Assembly (NCBI GenBank): GCA_963809895.1
Contig: CAWELD010000010.1
Span: forward strand, 1,120,001-1,184,000
DNA from: an uncultured Gemmatimonadales bacterium
GTDB taxonomy: Bacteria; Gemmatimonadota; Gemmatimonadetes; Longimicrobiales; Gaopeijiaceae
Direction of reading: 5' to 3'
Length of the DNA stretch: 64,000 nt
Made by a program: the position numbers and the translations under genes. The notes below the pieces were generated by a model. That model was not told the DNA's origin. It was given only the letters and a program-made list of their open reading frames with translations, and did not search any database. Positions 51,038-61,247 of the stretch are shown here, piece by piece (the first letter of the stretch is position 1; every line of letters begins with the position of its first letter).

Positions 51038-53565
51038 GCCTGCTGCGCCGCGCCTCGAGCCGGTGGTTGGTCCGGCATCCGGGCCAGCTGGTCCTGACCG
51101 TGGCCGGCGTGGCCATGGGCGTCGCCGTGGTGGTGGCCATCGACCTCGCCATCCAGAGCGCGCGCGAGGCGTTTCGGCTGTCCACCGAGGCGGTGGCCGG
51201 GCGCGCCACCCATCGCGTCGAGGGCGGGCCCGGAGGGCTGGCGCCGGCGGTGTTCACGCACCTGCGCGTCGACCTGGCCCTCCGACGGTCGGCGCCGGTG
51301 GTGGAGGGATACGCCAGCACGCCGCGACTGCCGGGCGTGGCCCTCCGCCTGCTCGGCGTCGACCCCTTCTCCGAGCGGCCCTTCCGGCCCTGGGTGGCCA
51401 CCGGCGAGGGTGGACCGGCGATGTCGGTCCTGCTCACCCAGCCCGACGCGGTGGTGCTCTCGCGGGGCATGGCGGAGCGGGCCTCGCTCGAAGTCGGGGA
51501 CACCTTCCCGCTGGTGGTGCAGGGCCGGAGCCACCGCGCCGTCCTGGCGGGCCTCCTGACGCCCACCGACCGGCTGGGGCGCCAGGGTCTGAGCGACGTG
51601 GTGCTGGCCGACGTGGCCACGGCCCAGAACCTGGTGGGTCTGGGGGATCGCCTGTCGGCCATCGACCTGATCCTGGACAGCGTGCCCGCGAGTCGGGTCG
51701 AGGCGGAGCTCCCTCCCGGTGTGGTGCTCCGGCCCGTGGGAACGCGGACCGACGCCCTGGAGGGGATGCTCAAGGCCTTCGACCTGAATCTCACCGCGCT
51801 GAGCCTGCTGGCGCTGGTCTTCGGCATGTTCCTCATCTACAACGCCATGACCTTCTCCGTCGTCCAGCGCAGGGGCCTGCTGGGGGCGTTGCGCGCCATC
51901 GGCGTGACCCGGGGAGAGATCCTGGCCATGGTGGGCTCGGAGGCGGTGCTCACCGGTGCCATGGGCGTGATCCTGGGACTCCTCGGTGGGGTGATCCTGG
52001 GCCGGGGGCTGGTCCGGTTGGTGACGCGCACGGTGAACGACCTGTATTTCGTCGTCTCGGTGGAAGGCCTGTCCGTGCCGCCGGGCGTGCTCCTGAAAGG
52101 TGCGGCCATGGGGCTGGGGGCGACGCTGCTGGCGGCCCTGCCGGCGGTATGGGAGGCCGTGGGATCCCCGCCTCGGGCGACGCTCACCCGCTCGGTGGTG
52201 GAAGAACGGGTGCGACGGCTGGTGCCCATGGCCGCGGCGCTGGGCAGCGGGACGGGAGCGGTGGGTGGCCTCCTCCTGATCCTGCCGTCACGGTCCGTGG
52301 TCCTCTCCTTCGCCGGTCTGTTCGGCATCCTCCTGGGAATCGCCCTGCTCACGCCCCTGGCCACGGTGCTGTTGGTGCGGGTGGTGACGCCCCTGCTGGG
52401 GCGCACCGTGGGCATCCTGGGCACCATGGCGGCCCGTGGCGTCGCCGCGGCGTTGTCCAGGACCGCTCCGGCCATGGCGGCGCTGGTGGTGGCCGTGGCG
52501 GTGACCGTGGGTCTGGGCGTGATGATCTCGTCGTTCAGGAGCACGGTGGCGCGCTGGCTCGACCACACGCTGCAGGCCGACGTGTACGTCTCGCCGCCGT
52601 CGCCGGTGGCGTCGAGGGCCGACGGATCGCTGGACCCCGGTGTCGTCGAGCGGCTCACGTCGGCGCCGTTCCTCGCGGGGGTGAGCACCTACCGCGGCGT
52701 GGAGATGGAGACGGAGTACGGCGTGACGCGGGTGGTGGCGCTGGATCTGGATCCCCGGGGAGAGCGGGCCTTTCGCTTCCTCGAGGGCCGCCCCGGGGAG
52801 GCCTTCACGGCCTTCCGGAGCGGGGGCGGGCTGCTGGTCTCGGAGCCGTTCGCCTACCGGCAACGCTTGCAGGTGGGGGACTCGGTGCGACTGCCGACCC
52901 GCGCGGGCGAGAGGGCCTTTCCCGTGGCCGGTGTCTTCTCCGACTACGGCTCCGACCAGGGCGTGGTCATGATGGCGCGGGCCACCTGGAGTCGACACTT
53001 CGACGATCCCGGCGTCACCTCGCTGGGCCTGTTTCTGGCGGCGGGCGTCGATTCCGAGGCCGCCGTGGATTCGCTCCGGGCCCTGGTCGGACCCGACCAG
53101 GCGGTGGTGATCCGCTCCAACCAGGCGCTCCGGCAGGGCTCGCTCCAGGTGTTCGACCGGACGTTCGCCATCACGGCGGTCCTGCGTGCCCTGGCCTTCG
53201 CGGTGGCGTTCATCGGCGTGCTGTCGGCCCTGATGGCGCTCCAGCTCGAGCGGGGCAGGGAGCTCGGGGTGCTCAGGGCCAACGGCCTGACCCCGGGGCA
53301 GGTGTGGGCGCTGGTGACCACCCAGACCGGCGTCCTGGGTCTGGTGGCGGGCGTGCTGGCGGTGCCTGCTGGCCTGGTCCTGGCCGCGGTCATGATCTTC
53401 GTCGTGAACCGCAGGTCGTTCGGGTGGACGCTGACCATGACGGTAGGTCCCGACGTCCTCCTCCAGGCCGTGGGACTGGCGGTGGCGGGGGCGCTGCTGG
53501 CGGGACTGTACCCGGCGTGGCGCATGGCACGCACCTCGCCGGCCCTGGCGCTGCGCTCCGAATGA
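51034..53565 (+). CDS. FtsX-like ABC permease (AttF/G-like)
   Basis: Two FtsX repeats ('SVVQRR..LRAIG', 'ELGVLRANG'); coupled to the ATPase. Confidence 0.88.
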   Translation: MSLLRRASSRWLVRHPGQLVLTVAGVAMGVAVVVAIDLAIQSAREAFRLSTEAVAGRATHRVEGGPGGLAPAVFTHLRVDLALRRSAPVVEGYASTPRLPGVALRLLGVDPFSERPFRPWVATGEGGPAMSVLLTQPDAVVLSRGMAERASLEVGDTFPLVVQGRSHRAVLAGLLTPTDRLGRQGLSDVVLADVATAQNLVGLGDRLSAIDLILDSVPASRVEAELPPGVVLRPVGTRTDALEGMLKAFDLNLTALSLLALVFGMFLIYNAMTFSVVQRRGLLGALRAIGVTRGEILAMVGSEAVLTGAMGVILGLLGGVILGRGLVRLVTRTVNDLYFVVSVEGLSVPPGVLLKGAAMGLGATLLAALPAVWEAVGSPPRATLTRSVVEERVRRLVPMAAALGSGTGAVGGLLLILPSRSVVLSFAGLFGILLGIALLTPLATVLLVRVVTPLLGRTVGILGTMAARGVAAALSRTAPAMAALVVAVAVTVGLGVMISSFRSTVARWLDHTLQADVYVSPPSPVASRADGSLDPGVVERLTSAPFLAGVSTYRGVEMETEYGVTRVVALDLDPRGERAFRFLEGRPGEAFTAFRSGGGLLVSEPFAYRQRLQVGDSVRLPTRAGERAFPVAGVFSDYGSDQGVVMMARATWSRHFDDPGVTSLGLFLAAGVDSEAAVDSLRALVGPDQAVVIRSNQALRQGSLQVFDRTFAITAVLRALAFAVAFIGVLSALMALQLERGRELGVLRANGLTPGQVWALVTTQTGVLGLVAGVLAVPAGLVLAAVMIFVVNRRSFGWTLTMTVGPDVLLQAVGLAVAGALLAGLYPAWRMARTSPALALRSE

Positions 53566-54764
53566 GGGGCTCGCGGATCCTGGCCGGGGTCGTGGCGCTG
53601 GCCGTGACGGCGTGGGCGGCCTGGCGCCTGGCGCGGCCCGCACCCGAATCCCCCGAACCCGGCGTGCGGCTGTCGCTGCTGGAGACGCTCGCCGGCACCG
53701 ACACGGCGGGATTCCGTCGGGCGCTGGAGCCCCGTCCGTTCCGGTTTCCCCAGGACCACGGACCCCATCCGGACTTCCGCAACGAGTGGTGGTACTTCAC
53801 GGGGAACCTGGACGGACCCGGGGGACGACGCTTCGGCTTTCAACTCACGGTCTTTCGCAGCGCTCTGGCGCCGTCGCCGCCGGACCTCCCGTCCTCCTGG
53901 GCCACCAATCAGGTGTTCATGGGACACCTGGCGGTCACCGACGCGGCGGCCGGGACCTTCCGGGCCTTCGAGCGATTCGGACGCGGGGCAGTGGGGATCG
54001 CCGGCGCCGAGGCTCAGCCGTTCCGGGTCTGGGTCGACGACTGGAGCGTCCGCGGCCCGGGCGGTGGCGAGGACACGGGCGTGTGGCCCATGACGCTGGA
54101 GGCCGCAGACGGAGGGACCGGCATCCGCCTGATCGCGCGCCCCTCGGGCCCTCCGGTGGCCCAGGGAGAGCGTGGGTTGAGCAGGAAGGGGCCGCAGCCG
54201 GGCAACGCCTCGTACTACTACTCGTTCCCGCGGCTCGCGCTGGAGGGGATCGTTCGTGTCGGTGGCCGCGAGGTTCCGGTGACCGGCGAGGGATGGCTGG
54301 ACCGGGAGTGGAGCACCAGCGCGCTGTCGGCGGGGCAGGTGGGGTGGGACTGGTTCGCGCTGCAACTCTCCGACGGGCGCGAGCTCATGGTGTACCGACT
54401 GCGGAGGTCCGACAGAGCCACGGACCCGTTCAGTGCGGGCATGCTGGTGGACGGGGAGGGGGATGGCACGCGCCTGGCCGCCGACGCGTTCGACGTCACC
54501 GCGACCGGAAGCTGGACGAGCCCCGTGGACGGCGCCACCTATCCTTCGGGCTGGCGGGTGGAGGTGCCCGGGCTGGGACTGGCCCTGAACGTGCAGCCCG
54601 TGCTGCGAGACCAGGAGTTGACGTTGAGCTTTCGATACTGGGAGGGCGCGGTGGACGTCACAGGAACGTCTCGAGGCTCGCCGGTGCGGGGGCGTGGGTA
54701 CGTGGAGCTCACGGGCTACGCGGGAGCCGAGGCGCCGGGCATGGGCTCGGAGGGAAGCCGGTGA
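53562..54764 (+). CDS. AttH/CrtC-like lipocalin-domain protein
   Basis: 'FPQDHGPHPDFRNEWWYFTG', 'ASYYYS', 'WLDREWS', 'GWDWF', 'YWEG..GYVELTGY'. Confidence 0.88.
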   Translation: MRGSRILAGVVALAVTAWAAWRLARPAPESPEPGVRLSLLETLAGTDTAGFRRALEPRPFRFPQDHGPHPDFRNEWWYFTGNLDGPGGRRFGFQLTVFRSALAPSPPDLPSSWATNQVFMGHLAVTDAAAGTFRAFERFGRGAVGIAGAEAQPFRVWVDDWSVRGPGGGEDTGVWPMTLEAADGGTGIRLIARPSGPPVAQGERGLSRKGPQPGNASYYYSFPRLALEGIVRVGGREVPVTGEGWLDREWSTSALSAGQVGWDWFALQLSDGRELMVYRLRRSDRATDPFSAGMLVDGEGDGTRLAADAFDVTATGSWTSPVDGATYPSGWRVEVPGLGLALNVQPVLRDQELTLSFRYWEGAVDVTGTSRGSPVRGRGYVELTGYAGAEAPGMGSEGSR

Positions 54765-55666
54765 TGGCGGAGCGAACCGTCGTGATCCTGAATCCCGAGG
54801 CGGGAGGCGGCGCGCAGGCCGACGAGCTCGTCGACCACGCGCGGGCCACGGAGGACTGGGCGCTGCAGCGCACCCGCGGGCCCGGCGACGCCACCGGACT
54901 CGCCCGCCAGGCGGCCCAAGACGGCGCTCGACTCGTGGTGGCGGCGGGCGGTGACGGCACCATCCACGAGGTGGTGGCGGGCCTGGCCGAGGTGAACGAC
55001 CCACCCCCGCTGGCCATCGTCCCCCTGGGCACCGGCAACGACCTGGCCCGTTCCCTGGGGATCCCCCTCCAGCCCGGGCCGGCCATGGAGGTGATCCGAC
55101 GGGGTAAGCGGCGCGTCCTGGACCTGGTGCGGGTGGAGCTGGACGGGCAGCCCCAGCTGTGTGTCAACGCCGTCACCGGAGGGTTCGGGGGCGCCGTCGG
55201 TGACGCGCTGGATGCCGACGCCAAGGGCCGGTGGGGGCCCCTGTCCTATCTGCGGTCGGCGGTGGAGCACAGCGGCGGGCTCGAGCCGTACGACGTGCGG
55301 GTCACGGTCGACGGTCGGCAGCACCGGCTGCGGGCGCTGAACGTGGTCGTGGCCAACGGCCGCTTCGCCGGACACGGGATCCCCATCGCTCCGCAAGCGG
55401 ACCCCTTCGACGGGTGGATCGACGTGGCCGTGGTGCGGGACGCGCCGGTGCTGAAGCTATCTCGCCTGCTGCCCGCCCTTCTGCGAGGCGAGGCGCCGGA
55501 CGACGAGCTCTTCTTCGTGGAGCGTGGCCGCGAGGTGACGGTGGAGTCGGAGGCGCCGGTGCCCTACAGCGTGGACGGCGAGCACGCCGAAGCGCGCCGC
55601 GCCACCTTCCGGGTTCAGCCGGCGGCGCTTCAGGTGCTCGTGCCTCCGGCCGGCGAAGGCGGCTGA
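54764..55666 (+). CDS. Diacylglycerol/lipid kinase family (YegS-like)
   Basis: 'LNPEAG', 'GGDGT', 'PLGTGND', 'NGRFAG'. Confidence 0.9.
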   Translation: MAERTVVILNPEAGGGAQADELVDHARATEDWALQRTRGPGDATGLARQAAQDGARLVVAAGGDGTIHEVVAGLAEVNDPPPLAIVPLGTGNDLARSLGIPLQPGPAMEVIRRGKRRVLDLVRVELDGQPQLCVNAVTGGFGGAVGDALDADAKGRWGPLSYLRSAVEHSGGLEPYDVRVTVDGRQHRLRALNVVVANGRFAGHGIPIAPQADPFDGWIDVAVVRDAPVLKLSRLLPALLRGEAPDDELFFVERGREVTVESEAPVPYSVDGEHAEARRATFRVQPAALQVLVPPAGEGG

Positions 55667-56325
55667 GCGAGGCCCAGGTCGCCCAGCCAGCGCGAGAGAT
55701 CGGCCATCTCCTCGGCGGCGATGCCGTGGCCTGCCGCGTAGTCCCCCACGGTGAGGGCCACGCCCACCGCACGCAGGCGCTCCCGGCCTCGCTCGCCGAG
55801 CGCGTGGGGGATGGCCGGGTCCATGCGTCCGTGCCCCCAGAAGACCGGGACGCCGCCCAGGGCATCGGCGGTGACGGGCACCAGCTCCGGGGCGTGGACC
55901 AGAAAGCCCGACAGGACCACGAGGGCGTCGGCGCGCCCGGGCCGCGTGAGGCCGTAGGCCAGCGCAGTGGTGCCGCCCTGGCTGAATCCCCCCAGGACCA
56001 GCGCGCCCGGCTGGATCGGTAGCACTGCCGGCAGCGCGTCCAGAAAGGCGTCCAGGCGAGCCAGGCTGTCCATGAGCGTGTCGCCGACGACGCGATCCTC
56101 CGCGACGTAGCGGTACCACGCCCAACCGGGCCCGTAGCCCCAGGGCTGGCCCGGATGCGGGGCCTCGGGCGTCACCAGCACGGTGCCGGGTGGCAGATGT
56201 GGCGCCAATCCGACGAGGTCGTGGCGGTCCGCGCCGCGCCCGTGCAGGAGAACGGCCACGGTGGCTCCGTCCCGGGCCCCGTCGGGCACGTGCATCTCGA
56301 ACGCCAGGCCCTGACGGGGGCTCAT
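55630..56325 (-). CDS. Phospholipase/carboxylesterase (MhqD-like alpha/beta hydrolase)
   Basis: 'LLHGRG', 'GFSQG', 'HGRMD', 'GHGI'. Confidence 0.87.
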   Translation of the reverse strand: MSPRQGLAFEMHVPDGARDGATVAVLLHGRGADRHDLVGLAPHLPPGTVLVTPEAPHPGQPWGYGPGWAWYRYVAEDRVVGDTLMDSLARLDAFLDALPAVLPIQPGALVLGGFSQGGTTALAYGLTRPGRADALVVLSGFLVHAPELVPVTADALGGVPVFWGHGRMDPAIPHALGERGRERLRAVGVALTVGDYAAGHGIAAEEMADLSRWLGDLGLAQPPSPAGGTST

Positions 56326-57422
56326 CCGACCTCCGTGGCGGAGGCGCCGGCCGGCAGCGGCTCCAGCGCCTCTTCGATGGCGGGGCGCCGGGCCTCGAGC
56401 CAGGCCGGGAGCTTGAGGCTCGTGCCCAGCAGGTCCTCTTCTTCGTCGATGGCGAAGCCCGGCCCGTCGGTGGCGATCTCCAGGAGCATGCCGTCGGGGG
56501 CCCGGAAGTAGATGCTCCGGAAATAGGAGCGGTCCAGGACCGGGGTCACCTCCACGTCCAGGGCCAGGAGGTGGTCCCGCCAGGCGAGCTGCGTCTCCTC
56601 GTCGGGGGCGCGGAACGCCACGTGGTGGGTCTGGCCCGCGCCGGGGCGCGCCGGATAGTTCGAGTCGGGCCACCCGAACAGCGTCCACGACGACCCGGGG
56701 GCCACGCGTCGGCCGTCGTAGTGAGCCCAGAACCAGTGCTGGGTGCGGCCGTCGTCCTGATTCAGCGTGCGCTTCACCAGCGAGAGCCCCAGCGCCTCGG
56801 AGTAGAAGTGGTGCGCTCGCTCCAGATCGTCGGTGATGGCGGAGATGTGATGGATCCCGAACAGCGCCATGTCGGGCGTCACCGCCGGCACCGGCTCCGG
56901 GTGCGTGCGGTCGCGGATGGCTACCTCGTCCCGACCCCCGGGCAGGCGCTCGGCCGGAGGCGTCACCAACCTCTTTCCCAGGGCGTCGGCGGGTTCGTCG
57001 ATGGCGTAACCCGGTCCACGGGTGGCGATCTCCAGGATCTGCCCGTCCGGGTCCTCGAAGTACAGGGACCTGAAGTATCCCCGGTCCAGCGGGCCCGACA
57101 CCGCGACGCCGGCGTCCACGAGCCGGCGCTTCCACTTGAGCTGCGCCTCGGGGGTCTCCACGCCCAGAGCCAGGTGATGCACGCCTCCGACGCCCCAGCG
57201 CCCTCGGCGGCTCCCGGGCCACTCGAAGAAGGTGAGGAGCGTGCCCGGGGTGCCGGGGGTGCGCCCGAAGTACAGGTGATAGGCACCCGGGTCGTCGAAG
57301 TTGACGGTCTGCTTGACCAGGTCCATCCCCAACAGGTCGCGATAGAACGTCAGGGTGCGGACCGCGTCGGTGGAGACCATGGTGATGTGATGAAAGCCCA
57401 GCGTGCTCGGCGTGGTACCCAT
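56322..57422 (-). CDS. VOC-family ring-cleaving dioxygenase (MhqA/MhqO-like)
   Basis: 'GFHHIT', 'LVKQTVNFDDP..YHLYF', 'DRSYFRSIYF', 'EIATDGPGF'. Confidence 0.9.
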   Translation of the reverse strand: MGTTPSTLGFHHITMVSTDAVRTLTFYRDLLGMDLVKQTVNFDDPGAYHLYFGRTPGTPGTLLTFFEWPGSRRGRWGVGGVHHLALGVETPEAQLKWKRRLVDAGVAVSGPLDRGYFRSLYFEDPDGQILEIATRGPGYAIDEPADALGKRLVTPPAERLPGGRDEVAIRDRTHPEPVPAVTPDMALFGIHHISAITDDLERAHHFYSEALGLSLVKRTLNQDDGRTQHWFWAHYDGRRVAPGSSWTLFGWPDSNYPARPGAGQTHHVAFRAPDEETQLAWRDHLLALDVEVTPVLDRSYFRSIYFRAPDGMLLEIATDGPGFAIDEEEDLLGTSLKLPAWLEARRPAIEEALEPLPAGASATEVG

Positions 57423-57449
57423 GATGGTTCTCCGGATTGTAGACGGGAA

Positions 57450-57470
57450 ATAATTTCAACCTTGAACTAT
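57450..57470. promoter_or_regulatory. AT-rich palindrome, putative operator in a divergent promoter
   Basis: TTCAA-CC-TTGAA with AT flanks; TTGACG on the minus strand nearby. Confidence 0.45.
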
Positions 57471-57576
57471 CAATCGTCAAGGGGGGGATGGGATGGCGGG
57501 GAAGGCGTTCGCTTGCCTGCTGCCCGGCCCCCGCCGCATGTTGCTCGCCGCCGGGAATCCCTCTCGCCCCCGATCC

Positions 57577-58137
57577 ATGAGCCGACCCTTCCTTCCAGCA
57601 CCCGTCGTCTTCTCGTTGCTGCTCTCCGCCGCGGGCTGCGCCGGCGGGTCGGGATCTGCTCCCCGGGAACCCGCGTCGGCGCCGTCGCCGGCGGCGGAGT
57701 CGGGCGGAGGAGACGGTGGGACCGCCGACTCCGTCCTCGACGGCGTGTTCACCGACGCGCAGGCCCAGAGGGGTCGCCAGGTCTTCCGCAGCGTGTGCTC
57801 GGAGTGCCACAGCACGCTGGACTTCCGGGGCGAGACGTTCTTCCTCTCCTGGGAAGGCACGTCGGTGGGACGCTTCGTGGACCGGATCGTCTCCAGCATG
57901 CCCGAAAGCGACCCCGGCTCGCTTCCCATCCAGCAGTACCTCGACGTCGTGGCGTACGTGCTGCAGCTCAACGACTTCCCGACCGGATCGTCGGAGCTGG
58001 AGGACGCCCCGGCCGCCCTGGAGCGCATCCGCATCGAGCGGCCCGGGGCCCGGCCATCGCGGCCACCGTCGTGGCCGCTCCCGGCGTCGTCTTCGCGCGG
58101 CCTGGCTCCCGCTGCCCACGTCCCCCGAGTCCCCTGA
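57577..58137 (+). CDS. Monoheme cytochrome c lipoprotein
   Basis: Lipobox 'AAGC'; 'GVFTDAQAQRG', CSECH, 'SMP' axial Met. Confidence 0.82.
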   Translation: MSRPFLPAPVVFSLLLSAAGCAGGSGSAPREPASAPSPAAESGGGDGGTADSVLDGVFTDAQAQRGRQVFRSVCSECHSTLDFRGETFFLSWEGTSVGRFVDRIVSSMPESDPGSLPIQQYLDVVAYVLQLNDFPTGSSELEDAPAALERIRIERPGARPSRPPSWPLPASSSRGLAPAAHVPRVP

Positions 58138-58276
58138 GGAGGCCCTCCATGACCGCATCACCGTCTCTCGCCGATCGTAAACGCGACGCCTGTCTGGCCT
58201 CCGTGGCCGAGCCCGCGAGGCCGGGACGATGAGCAGCCGTGATGCGGAAGGGAAGAAGGGTGGGAGTGACAAGGCC

Positions 58277-59587
58277 ATGGACCGGCGGCGTTTCCTGGAG
58301 CTGACGGGCGCCGGGACCGGGGCGCTGCTGGCGGGAGCCGGCACGCTGGGCGCGGCCAGGGCGGACGCGGCCACGCCCGCCGCCGCGCGCAAGCCCATCG
58401 GGGCACCGCACATCGCCCGCCCGGCACCCGACGTGGTCATCGTCGGCGCCGGCGCGTTCGGTGGGTGGACCGCGCTCAACCTCCGACGCCTGGGGGCCAC
58501 GGTGACGGTGGTGGACCTCTACGGATTCGGGAACTCGCGCGCCACGTCCGGTGGCGAGACCCGGGGCGTGCGCACGAGCTACGGCGACCGGCCGCACGGA
58601 CTGCTGTGGGGGCGCTGGGCCAACGAGGCCATCCGGCGCTGGAAGCAGTGGAACGAGGAGCACAACCACGAGGTGCAGCCGTTCTTCTACAACACGCACG
58701 ACGTGATCATGCGCGACGAGTGGACTCCCTTCCTGGAGAACACCGCGAAGAACTGGGACACCCTGGGTATCGAGTACGAGCGCATCGATGCCGACGAGGT
58801 GCGGCGGCGCTGGCCCGTGATCTGGTGCGAGGACATGACGGTGGCCCTGGTGGAGCCCCAGGCCGGCGTCGTGCGGGCGCGGCGGGCCATGGAGTCGGTG
58901 GGACGCGTCTACGAGCGGGAGGGCGGCGAGCTCGTCATCGGTCGAGCGGCGCCGGGTCAGGTGTCGGGAGGCCGGCTGCTGGACATCACGGTCACGCCCG
59001 GCGACCGCATCGCGGGCGGCACCTTCGTGTGGGCCTTGGGTCCGTGGTTCCCGAAGGTCCTGCCCGACGTGATGACCAACAAGCTGCGCATCCCCATGGG
59101 GCACGTCTTCTACTTCGGCACGCCGCCCGGCGACAACCGCTTCACCTTTCCCAACCTGCCCAGCTACAACACGCCCGGCGTCACGGGTTGGCCGGCGCTA
59201 CCCGGCGACAATCGTGGCTTCCGGGTGCGCACGGGCGGACACAGCGCCGACGACCCCGACACGTCCGCTCGGGCCGAGATCCCCGAGGAGGGCATGAAGC
59301 GGGGCCGGGACTACGTGGTGGAGCGCTTCCCCGATCTGGCGGAGGCCCCCCTCCTGGAGACCCGGGCCTGCCACTACGAGCTCAGCGTCACCCGGAACTT
59401 CATCGTCGACCACCACCCCGAATGGACCAACACCTGGCTCGCCGGCGGCGGCTGCGCCGAGGGCTTCAAGTCCGGCCCCGTCATCGGCGAGTACGTGGCG
59501 CACCGGGTCCTCGACGACGACATCGAGCCCGATCTGGCCGAGGGGTTCAAGCTCAGCGACGAGACGTTCGAGGTGGATCCGGGGTGA
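58277..59587 (+). CDS. Tat-exported FAD-dependent oxidoreductase (sarcosine oxidase/DAO family)
   Basis: 'DRRRFL' Tat motif; 'VGAGAFG', 'SGGETRG', 'ACHY', 'GFKSGP'. Confidence 0.87.
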   Translation: MDRRRFLELTGAGTGALLAGAGTLGAARADAATPAAARKPIGAPHIARPAPDVVIVGAGAFGGWTALNLRRLGATVTVVDLYGFGNSRATSGGETRGVRTSYGDRPHGLLWGRWANEAIRRWKQWNEEHNHEVQPFFYNTHDVIMRDEWTPFLENTAKNWDTLGIEYERIDADEVRRRWPVIWCEDMTVALVEPQAGVVRARRAMESVGRVYEREGGELVIGRAAPGQVSGGRLLDITVTPGDRIAGGTFVWALGPWFPKVLPDVMTNKLRIPMGHVFYFGTPPGDNRFTFPNLPSYNTPGVTGWPALPGDNRGFRVRTGGHSADDPDTSARAEIPEEGMKRGRDYVVERFPDLAEAPLLETRACHYELSVTRNFIVDHHPEWTNTWLAGGGCAEGFKSGPVIGEYVAHRVLDDDIEPDLAEGFKLSDETFEVDPG

Positions 59588-59653
59588 GGCGGGGGGACCG
59601 AATGCGACCGACTACCTGTCTGAGCGTCCTCCTCCCGTCCAAAGGAGTCCTCA

Positions 59654-60442
59654 GTGACGTTCGTCGCAGCGGGAGTTGAGCCGTCCTGGGTTGGCCAGGT
59701 CCCGGTACACCCATTGACCCGACATGCCACCCTGGAGTTTATCGAACGGACGGCGTCGTCGGTTGAGTCCCGTGCGGTAATTCACTACGCGAACGCGCAC
59801 GCCGTGGTTCTGGCGGACCGACATGAGGCGTTCCGTATGGCTCTCAAGGAGGCCTCTCTCGTATTCTGTGACGGCAAGTCTCTCCAGTGGGCATCGCGTC
59901 TTCTCGGGAATCCGCTGCCTGAACGCTTTACTCCACCGGATTGGATCGACGAACTCGCGGAAATATGCTGTCGTCGCACCTATCGGCTCTTCTTTCTCGG
60001 TGGTCAGGCCGGTGTCGCGGAGGCCGCGGCAGATACCCTGCGGAAGCGCCACCCGGGGCTGGAGATGTACACTCGGGACGGCTATTTCGACCGTACCGAG
60101 CCTTCCACGGACCTGGTCATCGCGGAGGTGAATGAGTGCCGCCCCCACATCGTTCTCGTTGGCCTTGGTATGCCGGAGCAAGAACTCTGGACTCATGAAC
60201 ACGCTGCTAGGCTCTCTGCCTCCGTCATCATGACGGTGGGTGGAATGTTCGACTTCGTCTCTGGCCACAAGTGGCGGGCACCCCGGTGGATCACGTCCTT
60301 GGGCTTGGAATGGCTAACACGCTTGATCAGCGAACCCCGACGACTGGCCTCCCGCTATTTGTTGGGTAATCCGAGATTCGTGTGGATCGTGCTGAGACAG
60401 TGGATGGGGGTCGGGGCTCGACCGCATCTCCCGCCTTCTTGA
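59654..60442 (+). CDS. WecB/TagA/CpsF family glycosyltransferase
   Basis: 'NAH', 'CDG', 'VGLGMPEQE', 'GLEWLTRLISEPRRL'. Confidence 0.9.
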   Translation: MTFVAAGVEPSWVGQVPVHPLTRHATLEFIERTASSVESRAVIHYANAHAVVLADRHEAFRMALKEASLVFCDGKSLQWASRLLGNPLPERFTPPDWIDELAEICCRRTYRLFFLGGQAGVAEAAADTLRKRHPGLEMYTRDGYFDRTEPSTDLVIAEVNECRPHIVLVGLGMPEQELWTHEHAARLSASVIMTVGGMFDFVSGHKWRAPRWITSLGLEWLTRLISEPRRLASRYLLGNPRFVWIVLRQWMGVGARPHLPPS

Positions 60443-60443
60443 C

Positions 60444-61247
60444 GTGGATGATATGCGACGTGTGAGCGAAATCAGAAAGGTGCAGAGGCGGAAGGGCAGC
60501 CTGTACGACCGGGTCTTCACCCGGCGCGTATCAGCCTACGTTACCGCTCTCTTGATCCGATTGGGGGTGGTCAGTCCGAATGCGATCACCGCCTTCAACA
60601 CTCTCATGGGTCTCCTCGCCTGGGCCATGATCGGGGCAGAGTGGCACCTATATGTCGGGGTAGGGTTGATCCATGTCTACGCTATCCTGGATTCTGTGGA
60701 TGGAGAGGTCGCTCGGGCGACTGGGAGGACGTCCCTTGCGGGCATGTACTTGGAAGATCACAGCGCCTACCTCATGATCCACGGATACTGGCTGGCGATG
60801 GGTGCATACCTCGCGAACACCGTCGGGTCGTCCTGGCCCTGGTTGATGGCCGTGTTGTACGTGGCGTTTGGAAGAAGTGCCATGCCTGCGGCGAGGCGAG
60901 CCCTTCTCAAGGCAATCGAGGGCGAGCGACGTCTCCCCGAGGATCTCCCCGAGCCGTACTCGCATGACTCGCGGGCGCTGACCGGCGTTGTTGGTCTCGT
61001 GTTCGTTGACTTCCTCCATCCCTCCACGGTCTGGGCGGTCTCCACGACCGTGCTCGTCGTCGAGCGGCTGTTACTTGGCGGGGGGCGAGCATTGCTGGTG
61101 GTTGTGGCGATGTATCTTGCTCTGAGCGCGCTGCGCGAGGTCGGCACGGTCTTGCGTCTCGCGCGGCGCCCGACTCTCGAGGCTCACCTTGTCGGTGTGG
61201 TGGTGAATGCTTCCGAGATGATGAGCCTGCCGCCCCGATCCGGATGA
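60444..61247 (+). CDS. CDP-alcohol phosphatidyltransferase family protein
   Basis: 'SPNAIT', 'DSVDGEVARATG..GMYLED'. Confidence 0.82.
   Translation: MDDMRRVSEIRKVQRRKGSLYDRVFTRRVSAYVTALLIRLGVVSPNAITAFNTLMGLLAWAMIGAEWHLYVGVGLIHVYAILDSVDGEVARATGRTSLAGMYLEDHSAYLMIHGYWLAMGAYLANTVGSSWPWLMAVLYVAFGRSAMPAARRALLKAIEGERRLPEDLPEPYSHDSRALTGVVGLVFVDFLHPSTVWAVSTTVLVVERLLLGGGRALLVVVAMYLALSALREVGTVLRLARRPTLEAHLVGVVVNASEMMSLPPRSG

Noticed and set aside
53562..54764. Carotenoid 1,2-hydratase crtC
   Set aside because: No carotenoid genes nearby; the ABC transporter context matches the AttH-like module.
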